From NCBI GenBank assembly GCA_030390025.1, contig CM059438.1:60142001-60206000 (forward strand): DNA of 64,000 nucleotides, given 5' to 3'. Shown piece after piece: positions 49,011 through 63,000 of the stretch. The DNA is from Squalus acanthias. Its lineage: Eukaryota. The position numbers were made by a program, and so were the translations under genes. The notes under the pieces are model-generated. The model was not told where the DNA came from, did no database searches, and saw nothing but the letters and a program-made list of their open reading frames with translations. How positions within the stretch are numbered: position 1 is the first letter of the stretch; each line of letters opens with the position of its first letter.

Positions 49011-49997
49011 TCACTTCGAAAACACAGGCGGAACCATCTTGTGCGACAGTGTTCTGGTGAGCTGGATCAGTGTCCAAAGAAGAACAGAGTTTCCATATAT
49101 TACTCTAGAATATCGAGGTGCAGTGTCTGCAATCGATGTTTCACATGAAAAGACATTGAACGATGCTCATTAACATCATTCCTTACAGAACACTTGTTAC
49201 ATTGTTGTCTTTGATTGCAAATTAGTTGAAAACTTGATAATAAAAATTACAAAGAAGCTTTGGCCGTTTTCTCAGCGCCCCTTTAAGGGCCGCTGGTTCG
49301 GCCGCTCAACGCCGGTACAAGTGGACGGAGCCAGTCCAGCGCCGATTTGCCCGTTTGTGACACATCATCGCAATCAGGGTTCTGTGTACGTCACAGGACC
49401 CCGATTTGCAAATTAAAAGTGGCCTCTCACCACGTACAGACAGACGGGCCGTCTGCCCATCTCAGGACGCTCGCCAGGGTGGCGGCCGGAACACCAGCGG
49501 AAACCGGGCGGGAAGTGACACAACACCATTTTCAGGCTGTTACCGTCCCTTTTACACCAGGCGGGGCCCTTCAAATAGGCCACTCTGTCTTGTGGAAATA
49601 CATTGCAAAGATCCCACATTCAAGCCCAATACAAGGAGGCCTGAGTCCATTCCATGGGTCACTCGATCAGTGAGGTACAGACACGTACTCACTGCACACA
49701 ACTGTGAGGAAATGGCATGACAATTGCTCATTCATTAATCTAATCTCACTTTTCCCAGTAAACGCTGGTCCATTGTTGGGAAGCAGGTGCTCGAGCTGTC
49801 AATCTGATTTCCAGTTAATGACAGTTACAGATAACAGAAATGCAAATCTCCCATTAGTCAAACCACCTCATAAACTACAGGAGTTCAATTATTAAAGGAA
49901 GAATCCATTCTTAGTTCATGTCTGTTAAATTCTGATTGCTTAAAAAACATAATTTTAATGAAAGCTTTTTGAATAACAGCAACAAAAAAAACCAGCA

Positions 49998-52900
49998 GTC
50001 TGTGCACTAGATGTGTACAACAATGGTTCGGTCTGTTATTAAACTAGCTGTGTGTACGCTAGATGTGTACATTAATGGGGCTGTGAGTTATTAAGGTATC
50101 TGTGTGTGCACTAGATGTGTACAGCAATGGGGCAGGGAGTTATTAAGGTTTCTGTGTATGTACAAGATGTGTACAGTAATGGGGCATTGAGTTATTCAGG
50201 TATCTGTGTGTGTACTAGCTGTGTACAGCAATGGAGCAGTGAGTTATTAAGATATCTGTGTGTGTACTAGATGTGTACAGCAATGGGGCAGGGAGTTATT
50301 TAGGTATCTGTGTGTGCACTAGATGTGTACAGTAAAGAGCCAGTAAGTTATTTAGGCAACTGTGTGTGCTCTAGATGTATACAGTAATGGGGCAGTGAGT
50401 TATTAAGGTATCTGTGTGTGCACTAGGTGTGTACAGTAAAGAGCCAGTGAGTTATTAAGGTATCTGTGTAACCACTAGATGTGTACAGTAATGTGGCAGT
50501 GAGTTCTTAAGGTATCTGTGTGCACAAGATGTGTGCAGTAATGGGAGAGTGATGTATTCAGGAGTTTGTGTGTGCGCTAGATGTGTACAGTAATGGGGCA
50601 GTGAGTTATTAAGGTATCAGTGTGACCACTAGTTGTGTAGAGTAATGGGGCAGTGAGTTATTAAGGTATCAGTGTGTGTACTAGATGTGTACTGTAATGG
50701 GGCAGTGAGTTATTCAGGTATCTGTGTGTGCACTAGATGTGTACAGTAATGAGGAAGTGAGTTATTAAGGTATCTGTGTCTGTACCAAATGATTAAAGTA
50801 ATGGGGCAGTGAGTTATTTAGGTATTTCTGTGTGTGCACTAGATGGGTACAGTAATGGGGCAGTGAGTTATTAAGTTGTCGGTGTGTGCGCTAGATGTGC
50901 ACATTAATGGGGCCGTGACTTTTTAAGGTATCTGTGTGTCCACTAGATATGTACTATAATGGGGCAATGAGTTATTAAGTTATCGGTGTGCGCGCTAGAT
51001 GTGTAAAGTAATGGGTCAGGGAGTTATAAAGGTGTCTGTGTGCACTTGATGCGTGCAGTAATGGGGCAGAAAGTTATGAAGGTCACTGTGTGTGCACTAG
51101 ATGTGTACAGTAATGGGGCATTGAGTTATTGAGGTATCTGTGTGTGCACTAGATGTGTACAGTAATGGGGCAGTGAGTTATTAAGGTATCTGTGTGACCA
51201 CTAGATGTTTAGAATAATGGGACAGTGAGTTATTAAGATAACTGTGTGTGTACTAGATGTGTACAGTAATGGGGCACTGAGTTATTCATCTATCTGTGTG
51301 TGCACTAGATGTGTACAGTAATGGGGCAGTGGGTTATTAAGGTATCTGTGTGACCACTAGATGTGTACAGTCATGTGGCAGTGAGTTCTTAAGGTATCTG
51401 TGTGTGCACCAAATGATTAAAGTAATGGGGCAGTGAGTTATTTAGGTATTTCTGTGTGTGCACTAGATGGGTACAGTAATGGGGCAGTGAGTTATTAAGT
51501 TGTCGGTGTGTGCGCTAGATGTGCACATTAATGGGGCAGTGACTTTTTAAGGTATCTGTGTGTCCACTAGATATGTACTATAATGGGGCAATGAGTTATT
51601 AAGTTATCGGTGTGCGCGCTAGATGTGTAAAGTAATGGGTCAGGGAGTTATAAAGGTGTCTGTGTGCACTTGATGCGTGCAGTAATGGGGCAGAAAGTTA
51701 TGAAGGTCACTGTGTGTGCACTAGATGTGTACAGTAATGGGGCAGTGAATTATTAAGGTATCTGTGTGTGAACTAGATGTGTACAGTAATGGGGCAGTGA
51801 GATATTAAGGTATCTGTGTTATCTAGATGTGTACAGTAATGGGGCAGTGAGTTATTACGGTATCTGTGTGTGCACTAGATGTGTACAGTAATGGGGCAGT
51901 GAGTTATTGAGGTATCTGTGTGTGCACTAGATGTGCACAGTAATGGGGCAGTGAGTTATTAAGGTATCTGTGTGTGCACTAGATGTGTACAGTAATGAGG
52001 AAGTGAGTTATTAAGGTATCTGTGTCTGTACCAAATGATTACAGTAATGAGGCAGTGAGTTATTTAGGTATTTCTGTGTGCGCTAGATGTGTACAGTAAT
52101 GGGGCGGTGAATTATTAAGGTATCTGTGTGTGTACTAGATGTGCACTGTAATGGGGCAGTGAGTTATTAAGTTGTCGGTGTGTGCGCTAGATGTGCACAT
52201 TAATGGGGCAGTGAGTTATTAAGGTATCTGTGTGTCACTAGATGTGTACAGTAATGGGGCAGTGAGTTATTAAGGTATCTGTGTGTGCACTAGATGTGTA
52301 CAGTAATGGGGCAGTGAGTTATTAAGGTATCTGTGTGTGCACTAGATGTGTACAGTAATGGGGCAGTGAGTTATTAAGGTATCTGTGTGACCACTAGATG
52401 TGTAGAGTAATGTGGCAGTGAGTTATTAAGGTATCTGTGTGTGTACTAGATGTGTACAGTAATGGGGCATTGAGTTATTAAGGTAACTGCATGTGCACTA
52501 GATGTGTACAGTAATGGGGCTGTGAGTTATTAAGGTAATTGTGTGTACTCGATGTGTCCAGTAATGAGGCAGTCAGTTATTAAGATTTCTGTGTATGTAC
52601 GAGATGTGTACAGTAATGGGGCAGTGAGTTATTAAAGTATCTGTGTGTGCTCTACATGTGTGCAGTAATGGAGAGTGAGTTATTCAGGAGTTTGTGTGTG
52701 TGCTAGATGTGTACAGTAATGGGGCAGTGTGTTATTATGGTATCTGTGTGTGCACTTGATGTGTACAGTAATGGGGCAGTGAGTTATTAAGGTATCTGTG
52801 TGACCACTAGTTGTGTAGAGTAATGGGGCAGTGAGTTATTAAGCTATCAGTGTGTGTACTAGATGTGTACAGTAATGGGGCAGTGAGTTATTAAGGTATC

Positions 52901-54012
52901 TGTGTGTTCACTAGATGTGTGCAGTAATGGGAGAGTGAGGTATTCAGGAGTTTGTGTGTGCGCTAGATGTGTACAGTAATGGGGCAGTGAGTTATTAAGG
53001 AATGTGTGTGTGCACTAGATGTGTACTGTAATGGGGCTGTGAGTTATTAAGGTAACTGTGTGAGCACTAGATGTGTACAGTAATGGGGCACTGAGTTATT
53101 AAGGTATCTGTGTGTGCACTAGATGTGTACAGTAATGGGGGAGTGATTTATTAAGGTATCTGGGTGTGCACTAGATGTGTACAGTAACGGGGCAGTGAGT
53201 TATTAAGGTATCTGTGTGTGCACTAGATGTGTACAGTAATGGGGCAGTAAGTTATTGAAGTATCTGTGTGCCCACTAGATGTGTACAGTAATGGGGCAGT
53301 GCGTTATTAAGGTGTCTGTGTGTGTACTAGATGTGTACAGTAATGGGGCAGTGATTTATTAATGTATCTGGGTGTGTTCCAAATCTTTACAGTAATGGCG
53401 CAGTGAGTTATTCAGGTGTCTGTGTGTGCACTCGATGTGTACAGTAATGGGGCAGTGAGTTATTAAGGTATCTGTGCGTTAACTAGATGTGTACAGTAAT
53501 GGGGCAGTGAGTTATTAAGGTATCTGTGTGTGCATTACATGTGTACAGTAATGGGACAGTGAGTTATTAAGATAATTGTGTGTGCACTAGATGTGTACAG
53601 TGATGGGGCAGTGAGTTATTAAGGTATCTGTGTGCGCATTAGATGTGTACACTAATGGGGCAGTGAGTTACTAAAGCATCTGTGTGTGCACTAGATGTGT
53701 ACAGTAATGGGGCAGTGCGTTATTAAGGTGTCTGTGTGTGTACTAGATGTGTACAGTAATGGGGCAGTGATTTATTAATGTATCTGGGTGTGTTCCAAAT
53801 CTTTACAGTAATGGCGCAGTGAGTTATTCAGGTATCTGTGTGTGCACTCGATGTGTAAAGTATTGGGGCAGTGAGTTATTAAGGTATCTGTGTGTGCACT
53901 AGATGTGTACAGTAATGAGGCAGTGAGTAATTAAGGTATCTCTGTGTGCACTAGATTTGTACAGTCATGGGGCAGTGAGTTATTAAGGTATCTGTGTGTG
54001 TACTCGATGTGT
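49998..54012 (+). repeat. Satellite A (52 bp), copy B block, ~4 kb, more heterogeneous monomers
   Basis: Same consensus as 6546-25858. Confidence 0.97.
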
Positions 54013-57000
54013 CGGGATTCAGTCAGGAAATCAGTTCATGGTGGCATCTCTTTCGGGTACAGTTCAAGATGATATTAGGTTAGGTGACATCAGGAAACCA
54101 GTTCAAGGTGATATTAGGTTAGGGGACAGTCAGGAAACCAGTTCACGGTGATATCTGTTTAGAGTACAGTCAGGAAATCAGGTAAGGTGATATCAGTGTG
54201 GGGATACAGTCTGGAAATCTGTTCAAGGTGATATCAATGTAGGGGTACAGACAGGAAATACGTTCAAGGTGATATCAGTGTAGGGGTACAGTCAGGAAAT
54301 CACTTCATGGTGATATCAGTGTCGGGAAGATTCAGGAAATCACTTCAAGGTGATCTGAGTCTATGTATACAGTCAGGAAATCTGTTCATGGTGATATCAG
54401 TGTCGGGTACAGTCAGGAAATCAGTTCAGAGTGATATCAGGGTAGGGATACAGTCAGGAAATCAGTTGAAGGTTATATTAGTGTAGGGGTACAGTCAGGA
54501 ATTGATTTCAATGTGATATCAGTTTAGGGTACAGTCAGGAAATCAGTTCAAGGTGATATTAGGTTCGGGGGCAGTCAGGAAATCAGTTCAAGGTGATGTC
54601 AGTGTATGGGTACATTCAGGAAATCAGATCATGGTGATATCAGTTTAGGGTACAGTCAGTAAATCAGGTCACGGTGATATCAGTGTAGGGTACAGTCAGG
54701 AAATCTGTTCAAGGTGATGTCACTGTCGGGGTACAGACAGGAAATCAGTTCAAGGTGATATCAGTGTAGGGGTACAGTCAGGAAATCAGTTCATGGTGAT
54801 ATCAGTGTAGGGGTACAGTCAGGAAATCAGTTCAGAGTGATATCAGGGTCGGGATACTGTCAGTAAATCAGTTCAAGGTGATATCAGTGCAGGGTACAGT
54901 CAGGAAATCAGTTCAAGGTGATATCAGTGTAGGGGTACAGTCAGGAAATCAGTTCAAGGTGATATCAGTGCAGGGTACAGTCAGGAAATCAGTTCAAGGT
55001 GATATCAGTGTAGGGGTACAGTCAGGAAACCAATTCAAGGTGATATCAGTGTAGGGGTACGGTCAGGAAATCAGTTCAGAGTGATATCAGGGTAGGGATA
55101 CTGTCAGGAAATCAGTTCAAGGTGATATCAGTGCAGGGTACAGTCAGGAAATCTGTTCAAGGTGATGTCAGTGTAGGGTACAGTCAGGAAATCAGTTCAA
55201 GGTGATATCAGTGTAGGGGTACTGTCAGGAAATCAGTTCAGAGTGATATCACGGTCGAGATACTGTCAGTAAATAAATTCAAGGTGATATCAGTTTAGGG
55301 GTACAGTCAGGAAATTAGTTCAAGGTGATATCAGTGTAGGGAACAGTCAGGAAATCAGTTCAAAGTGATTTCAGTGTAGGGGTACTGTCAGGAAACCAGT
55401 TCAGAGTGGTATCAGGGTCGGGTTACTGTCAGGAAATCAGTTCAAGATTATATCAGTGTATGGGTACATTCAGGAAATCAGTTCAAGGTGATATCAGTGT
55501 AGGGAACAGTCAGGAAATCAGTTCAAAGTGATTTCAGTGTAGGGGTACTGTCAGGAAATCAGTTCAGAGTGATATCACGGTCGAGATACTGTCAGTAAAT
55601 AAATTCAAGGTGATATCAGTTTAGGATACAGTCAGGAAATCAGTTCAAGGTGATATCAGTGTCGGGATACAGTCAGGAAATCAGTTCAAGGTGATATCAG
55701 TGTCGGGGTACAGTCAGGAAATCAGTTCAAGGTGATATCAGTTTTGGGGTACAGTCAGGAAATAAGTTCAAGGTGATATCAGTGTCGGGAAGATTCAGGA
55801 AATCACTTCAAGGTGATCTGAGTCTATGTATACAGTCAGGAAATCTGTTCATGGTGATATCAGTGTCGGGTACAGTCAGGAAATCTGTTCATGGTGATAT
55901 CAGGGTAGGGATACAGTCAGGAAATCAGTTGAAGGTTATATTAGTGTAGGGGTACAGTCAGGAATTGATTTCAATGTGATATCAGTTTAGGGTACAGTCA
56001 GGAAATCAGTTCAAGGTGATATGAGGTTCGGGGGCAGTCAGGAAATCAGTTCAAGGTGATGTCAGTGTATGGGTACATTCAGGAAATCAGATCATGGTGA
56101 TATCAGTTTAGGGGTACTGTCAGGAAATCAGTTCAAGGTTATATCAGTGTAGGGGTATAGTCAGGAAATCTGTTCAAGGTGATGTCAGATAACGGTATAG
56201 TTCGGAAACCAGTTCCAAGTGATATAAGTTTAGGTTTACAGTCAGGAAATCTGTTCAAGCTGATATCAGTGTCGGGATACAGTCAGGAAATCAGTTCAAG
56301 GTGATATCCGTTTAGGGTATAGTCAGTAAATCAGGTCCAGGTGATATCAGTGTCGGGGTACAGTCAGGAAGTCAGGTCACGGTGATAACGTTGTAGGGGT
56401 ACAGTCAGGAAATCTGTTCAAGGTGATAACAGTGTAGGGGTACAGTCAGGAAATCAGTTCACGGTGATATCTGTTTAGAGTACAGTCAGGAAATCAGGTA
56501 AGGTGATATCAGTGTGGGGATACAGTCTGGAAATCTGTTCAAGGTGATATCAATGTAGGGGTACAGACAGGAAATACGTTCAAGGTGATATCAGTGTAGG
56601 GGTACAGTCAGGAAATCACTTCATGGTGATATCAGTGTCGGGAAGATTCAGGAAATCACTTCAAGGTGATCTGAGTCTATGTATACAGTCAGGAAATCTG
56701 TTCATGGTGATATCAGTGTCGGGTACAGTCAGGAAATCAGTTCAGAGTGATATCAGGGTAGGGATACAGTCAGGAAATCAGTTGAAGGCTATATTAGTGT
56801 AGGGGTACAGTCAGGAATTGATTTCAATGTGATATCAGTTTAGGGTACAGTCAGGAAATCAGTTCAAGGTGATATTAGGTTCGGGGGCAGTCAGGAAATC
56901 AGTTCAAGGTGATGTCAGTGTATGGGTACATTCAGGAAATCAGATCATGGTGATATCAGTTTAGGGTACAGTCAGTAAATCAGGTCACGGTGATATCAGT

Positions 57001-60000
57001 GTAGGGTACAGTCAGGAAATCTGTTCAAGGTGATGTCACTGTCGGGGTACAGACAGGAAATCAGTTCAAGGTGATATCAGTGTAGGGGTACAGTCAGGAA
57101 ATCAGTTCATGGTGATATCAGTGTAGGGGTACAGTCAGGAAATCAGTTCAGAGTGATATCAGGGTCGGGATACTGTCAGTAAATCAGTTCAAGGTGATAT
57201 CAGTGCAGGGTACAGTCAGGAAATCAGTTCAAGGTGATATCAGTGTAGGGGTACAGTCAGGAAATCAGTTCATGGTGATATCAGTGTAGAGGTACAGTCA
57301 GGAAATCAGTTCAGAGTGATATCAGGGTCGGGATACTGTCAGTAAATCAGTTCAAGGTGATATCAGTGCAGGGTACAGTCAGGAAATCAGTTCAAGGTGA
57401 TATCAGTGTAGGGGTACAGTCAGGAAATCAGTTCAAGGTGATATCAGTGCAGGGTACAGTCAGGAAATCAGTTCAAGGTGATATCAGTGCAGGGGTACAG
57501 TCAGGAAACCAATTCAAGGTGATATCAGTGTAGGGGTACGGTCAGGAAATCAGTTCAGAGTGATATCAGGGTAGGGATACTGTCAGGAAATCAGTTCAAG
57601 GTGATATCAGTGCAGGGTACAGTCAGGAAATCTGTTCAAGGTGATGTCAGTGTAGGGTACAGTCAGGAAATCAGTTCAAGGTGATATCAGTGTAGGGGTA
57701 CTGTCAGGAAATCAGTTCAGAGTGATATCACGGTCGGGATACTGTCAGTAAATAAATTCAAGGTGATATCAGTTTAGGGGTACAGTCAGGAAATTAGTTC
57801 AAGGTGATATCAGTGTAGGGAACAGTCAGGAAATCAGTTCAAAGTGATTTCAGTGTAGGGGTACTGTCAGGAAATCAGTTCAGAGTGGTATCAGGGTCGG
57901 GTTACTGTCAGGAAATCAGTTCAAGGTTATATCAGTGTATGGGTACATTCAGGAAATCAGTTCACGGTGATATCAGTTTAGGATACAGTCAGGAAATCAG
58001 TTCAAGGTGATATCAGTGTCGGGATACAGTCAGGAAATCAGTTCAAGGTGATATCAGTGTCGGGGTACAGTCAGGAAATCAGTTCAAGGTGATATCAGTT
58101 TTGGGGTACAGTCAGGAAATAAGTTCAAGGTGATATCAGTGTCGGGAAGATTCAGGAAATCACTTCAAGGTGATCTGAGTCTATGTATACAGTCAGGAAA
58201 TCTGTTCATGGTGATATCAGTGTCGGGTACAGTCAGGAAATCAGTTCAGAGTGATATCAGGGTAGGGATACAGTCAGGAAATCAGTTGAAGGTTATATTA
58301 GTGTAGGGGTACAGTCAGGAATTGATTTCAATGTGATATCAGTTTAGGGTACAGTCAGGAAATCAGTTCAAGGTGATATTAGGTACGGGGGCATTCAGGA
58401 AATCAGTTCAAGGTGATGTCAGTGTATGGGTACATTCAGGAAATCAGATCATGGTGATATTAGTTTAGGGTACAGTCAGTAAATCAGGTCACGGTGATAT
58501 CAGTGTAGGGTACAGTCAGGAAATCAGTTCAGTGTGGTATCAGGGTCGGGTTACTGTCAGGAAATCATTTCAAGGTTATATCAGTGTAGGGGTATAGTCA
58601 GGAATTAATTTCAAGGTGATATCAGTTTAGGGTACAGTCAGAAAATCAGTTCAAGGCGATATTAGGTTAGGGGACAGTCAGGAAATCAGTTCAAGGTGAT
58701 GTCAGATAACGGTATAGTTCGGAAACCAGTTCCAAGTGATATAAGTTTAGGTTTACAGTCAGGAAATCTGTTCAAGCTGATATCAGTGTCGGGATACAGT
58801 CAGGAAATCAGTTCAAGGTGATATCCGTTTAGGGTATAGTCAGTAAATCAGGTCCAGGTGATATCAGTGTCGGGGTACAGTCAGGAAGTCAGGTCACGGT
58901 GATAACGTTGCAGGGGTACAGTCAGGAAATCTGTTCAAGGTGATAACAGTGTAGGGGTACAGTGAGGAAATCAGTTGAAAGTGATATCAGTGTAAGGGTA
59001 CAGTCAAGAAATCAGTTCAAGGTGATGCCAGTGTAGGGTACAGTCAGGAAATCAGTTCAAGGTAAAATCAGTGTAGGGGTACAGTCAGGAAATCAGTTCA
59101 AGGTGAAATCAGTGTAGGGTACAGTCAGGAAATCAGTTCAGAGTGATATCTGTTTAGAGTACAGTCAGGAAATCAGGTAAGGTGATATCAGTGTGGGGAT
59201 ACAGTCTGGAAATCTGTTCAAGGTGATATCAATGTAGGGGTACAGACAGGAAATACGTTCAAGGTGATATCAGTGTAGGGGTACAGTCAGGAAATCACTT
59301 CATGGTGATATCAGTGTCGGGAAGATTCAGGAAATCACTTCAAGGTGATCTGAGTCTATGTATACAGTCAGGAAATCTGTTCATGGTGATATCAGTGTCG
59401 GGTACAGTCAGGAAATCAGTTCAGAGTGATATCAGGGTAGGGATACAGTCAGGAAATCAGTTGAAGGCTATATTAGTGTAGGGGTACAGTCAGGAATTGA
59501 TTTCAATGTGATATCAGTTTAGGGTACAGTCAGGAAATCAGTTCAAGGTGATATTAGGTTCGGGGGCAGTCAGGAAATCAGTTCAAGGTGATATCAGTGT
59601 AGGGGTACAGTCAGGAAATCAGTTCAGAGTGATATCAGGGTCGGGATACTGTCAGTAAATCAGTTCAAGGTGATATCAGTGCAGGGTACAGTCAGGAAAT
59701 CAGTTCAAGGTGATATCAGTGTAGGGGTACAGTCAGGAAATCAGTTCAAGGTGATATCAGTGCAGGGGACAGTCAGGAAATCAGTTCAAGGTGATATCAG
59801 TGTAGGGGTACAGTCAGAAAACCAATTCAAGGTGATATCAGTGTAGGGGTACAGTCAGGAAATCAGTTCAGAGTGATATCAGGGTAGGGATACTGTCAGG
59901 AAATCAGTTCAAGGTGATATCAGTGTAGGGGTACTGTCAGGAAATCAGTTTAAGGTGATATCAGTGCAGGGTACAGTCAGGAAATCAGTTCAAGGTGATA

Positions 60001-63000
60001 TCAGTGTAGGGGTACTGTCAGGAAATCAGTTCAAGGTGATATCAGTGCAGGGTACAGTCAGGAAATCAGTTCAAGGTGATATCAGTGTAGGGGTACAGTC
60101 AGGAAACCAATTCAAGGTGATATCAGTGTAGGGGTACAGTCAGGAAATCAGTTCAGAGTGATATCAGGGTAGGGATACTGTCAGGAAATCAGTTCAAGGT
60201 GATATCAGTGTAGGGGTACAGTCAGGAAATCAGTTCAAGGTGATATCAGTGTAGGGTACAGTCAGGAAATCTGTTCAAGGTGATATCAGTGTAGGGTACA
60301 GTCAGGAAACCAGTTCAAAGTGAATTCAGTGTAGGGTACAGTCAGGAAATCTGTTCAAGGTGATATCAGTGTAGGGTACAGTCAGGAAACCAGTTCAAAG
60401 TGAATTCAGTGTAGGGGTACTGTCAGGAAATCAGTTCAGAGTGGTATCAGGGTCGGGATACTGTCAGGAAATCAGTTCAAGGTTATATCAGTGTAGGGGT
60501 ATGGTCAGGAATTTATTTCAAGGTGATATCAGTTTAGGGTACAGTCAGAAAATCAGTTCAAGGTGATGTCAGATAAGGGTATAGTCAGGAAACCAGTTCC
60601 AAGTGATATAAGTTTAGGTTTACAGTCAGGAAATCAGTTCAAGGTGATATCAGTGTATGGGTACATTCAGGAAATCAGTTCACGGTGATATCAGTTTAGG
60701 ATACAGTCAGTAAATCAGGTCCAGGTGATATCAGTGTCGGGGTACAGTCAGGAAATCAGTTCAAGGTGATATCAGTTTTGGGGTACAGTCAGGAAATAAG
60801 TTCAAGGTGATATCAGTGTCGGGAAGATTCAGGAAATCACTTCAAGGTGATCTGAGTCTATGTATACAGTCAGGAAATCTGTTCATGGTGATATCAGTGT
60901 CGGGTACAGTCAGGAAATCAGTTCAGAGTGATATCAGGGTAGGGATACAGTCAGGAAATCAGTTGAAGGTTATATTAGTGTAGGGGTACAGTCAGGAATT
61001 GATTTCAATGTGATATCAGTTTAGGGTACAGTCAGGAAATCAGTTCAAGGTGATATTAGGTACGGGGGCATTCAGGAAATCAGTTCAAGGTGATGTCAGT
61101 GTATGGGTACATTCAGGAAATCAGATCATGGTGATATTAGTTTAGGGTACAGTCAGTAAATCAGGTCACGGTGATATCAGTGTAGGGTACAGTCAGGAAA
61201 TCAGTTCAGTGTGGTATCAGGGTCGGGTTACTGTCAGGAAATCATTTCAAGGTTATATCAGTGTAGGGGTACAGTCAGGAATTAATTTCAAGGTGATATC
61301 AGTTTAGGGTACAGTCAGAAAATCAGTTCAAGGCGATATTAGGTTAGGGGACAGTCAGGAAATCAGTTCAAGGTGATGTCAGATAACGGTATAGTTCGGA
61401 AACCAGTTCCAAGTGATATAAGTTTAGGTTTACAGTCAGGAAATCTGTTCAAGCTGATATCAGTGTCGGGATACAGTCAGGAAATCAGTTCAAGGTGATA
61501 TCCGTTTAGGGTATAGTCAGTAAATCAGGTCCAGGTGATATCAGTGTCGGGGTACAGTCAGGAAGTCAGGTCACGGTGATAACGTTGCAGGGGTACAGTC
61601 AGGAAATCTGTTCAAGGTGATAACAGTGTAGGGGTACAGTGAGGAAATCAGTTGAAAGTGATATCAGTGTAAGGGTACAGTCAAGAAATCAGTTCAAGGT
61701 GATGCCAGTGTAGGGTACAGTCAGGAAATCAGTTCAAGGTAAAATCAGTGTAGGGGTACAGTCAGGAAATCAGTTCAAGGTGAAATCAGTGTAGGGTACA
61801 GTCAGGAAATCAGTTCAGAGTGATATCAGGGTAGGGATACCGTCAGGAAATCAGTTCAAGGTTATTTCAGTGTAGGGGTAGAGTCAGGAATTTATTTCAA
61901 GGTGATATTAATTTGGGGTACAGTCAAGAAGTTAGTTCAGGGTGATATCAGTTTAGGGCACAGTCAGGAAATCTGTTGAATGTGATATCAGTTTAGGGTA
62001 CAGTCAGGAAATCAGTTCAAGGTGATATTAGGTTCGGGGACAGTCAGGAAACCAGTTCAAAGTGATATCAGTTTAGGTTTACAGTCAAGAAATCTGTTCA
62101 AGGTGATATCAGTGTATGGGTACATTCAGGAAATCAGTTCATGTTGATATCAGTTTAGGGTACAGTCAGTAAAGCAGGTCAAGGTGATATCAGAGTCCAC
62201 GTACAGTCAGGAAATCAGGTCACGGTGATAACGTTGTAGGGGGACAGTCAGGAAATCTGTTCAAGGTGAGATCAGTGTAGGGGTACAGTCATGAAATACG
62301 TTCAAGGTGATATCAGTGTAGGGTACAGTCAGGAAATCAGTTCAAGGTGATATAAGTGTTGGGGTACTGTCAGGAAATCAGGTCACGGTGATACCAGTTT
62401 AGGGTACAGTCAGGAAATCAGTTAATGGTGATATCAGTGTAGGGTACAGTCAGGAAATCATTTCAAGATGATACCAGTGTAGGGTACAGTCAGTAAATTA
62501 AGTCAAGGTGATATCAGTGTAGGTATTGTCTAGAAATCTGTTCAAGGTGATATCAGTGTAGGGGTACAGTCAGAAAATCAGTTCAAGGTGATATCAGTGT
62601 AGGGGTACTGTCAGGAAATCAGTTCAGAGTGATATCAGTGTAGGGGTACAGTCAGAAAATCAGTTCAAGGTGATATCAGTGTAGGGGTACTGTCAGGAAA
62701 TCAGTTCAGAGTGATATCACGGTCGGGATACTGTCAGTAAATCAGTTCAAGGTGATATCAGTGCAGGGTACAGTCTGAAATCAGTTCAAGGTGATATCAG
62801 TGCAGGGTACAGTCAGGAAATCAGTTCAAGGTGATATCAGTGTAGGGGTACAGTCAGGAAATCAGTTCAAGGTGATATCAGTGCAGGGTACAGTCAGGAA
62901 ATCAGTTCAAGGTGATGTCAGTGTAGGGTACAGTCAGGAAATCAGTTCAAGGTGATATCAGTGCAGGGTACAGTCTGAAATCAGTTCAAGGTGATATCAG

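Larger units (their letters stand above)
45105..50010 (+). repeat. Segmental duplication, copy B (paralogous to 1-6560)
   Basis: Position 1 aligns to 45105; both copies run into the same 52-bp satellite. Confidence 0.97.
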
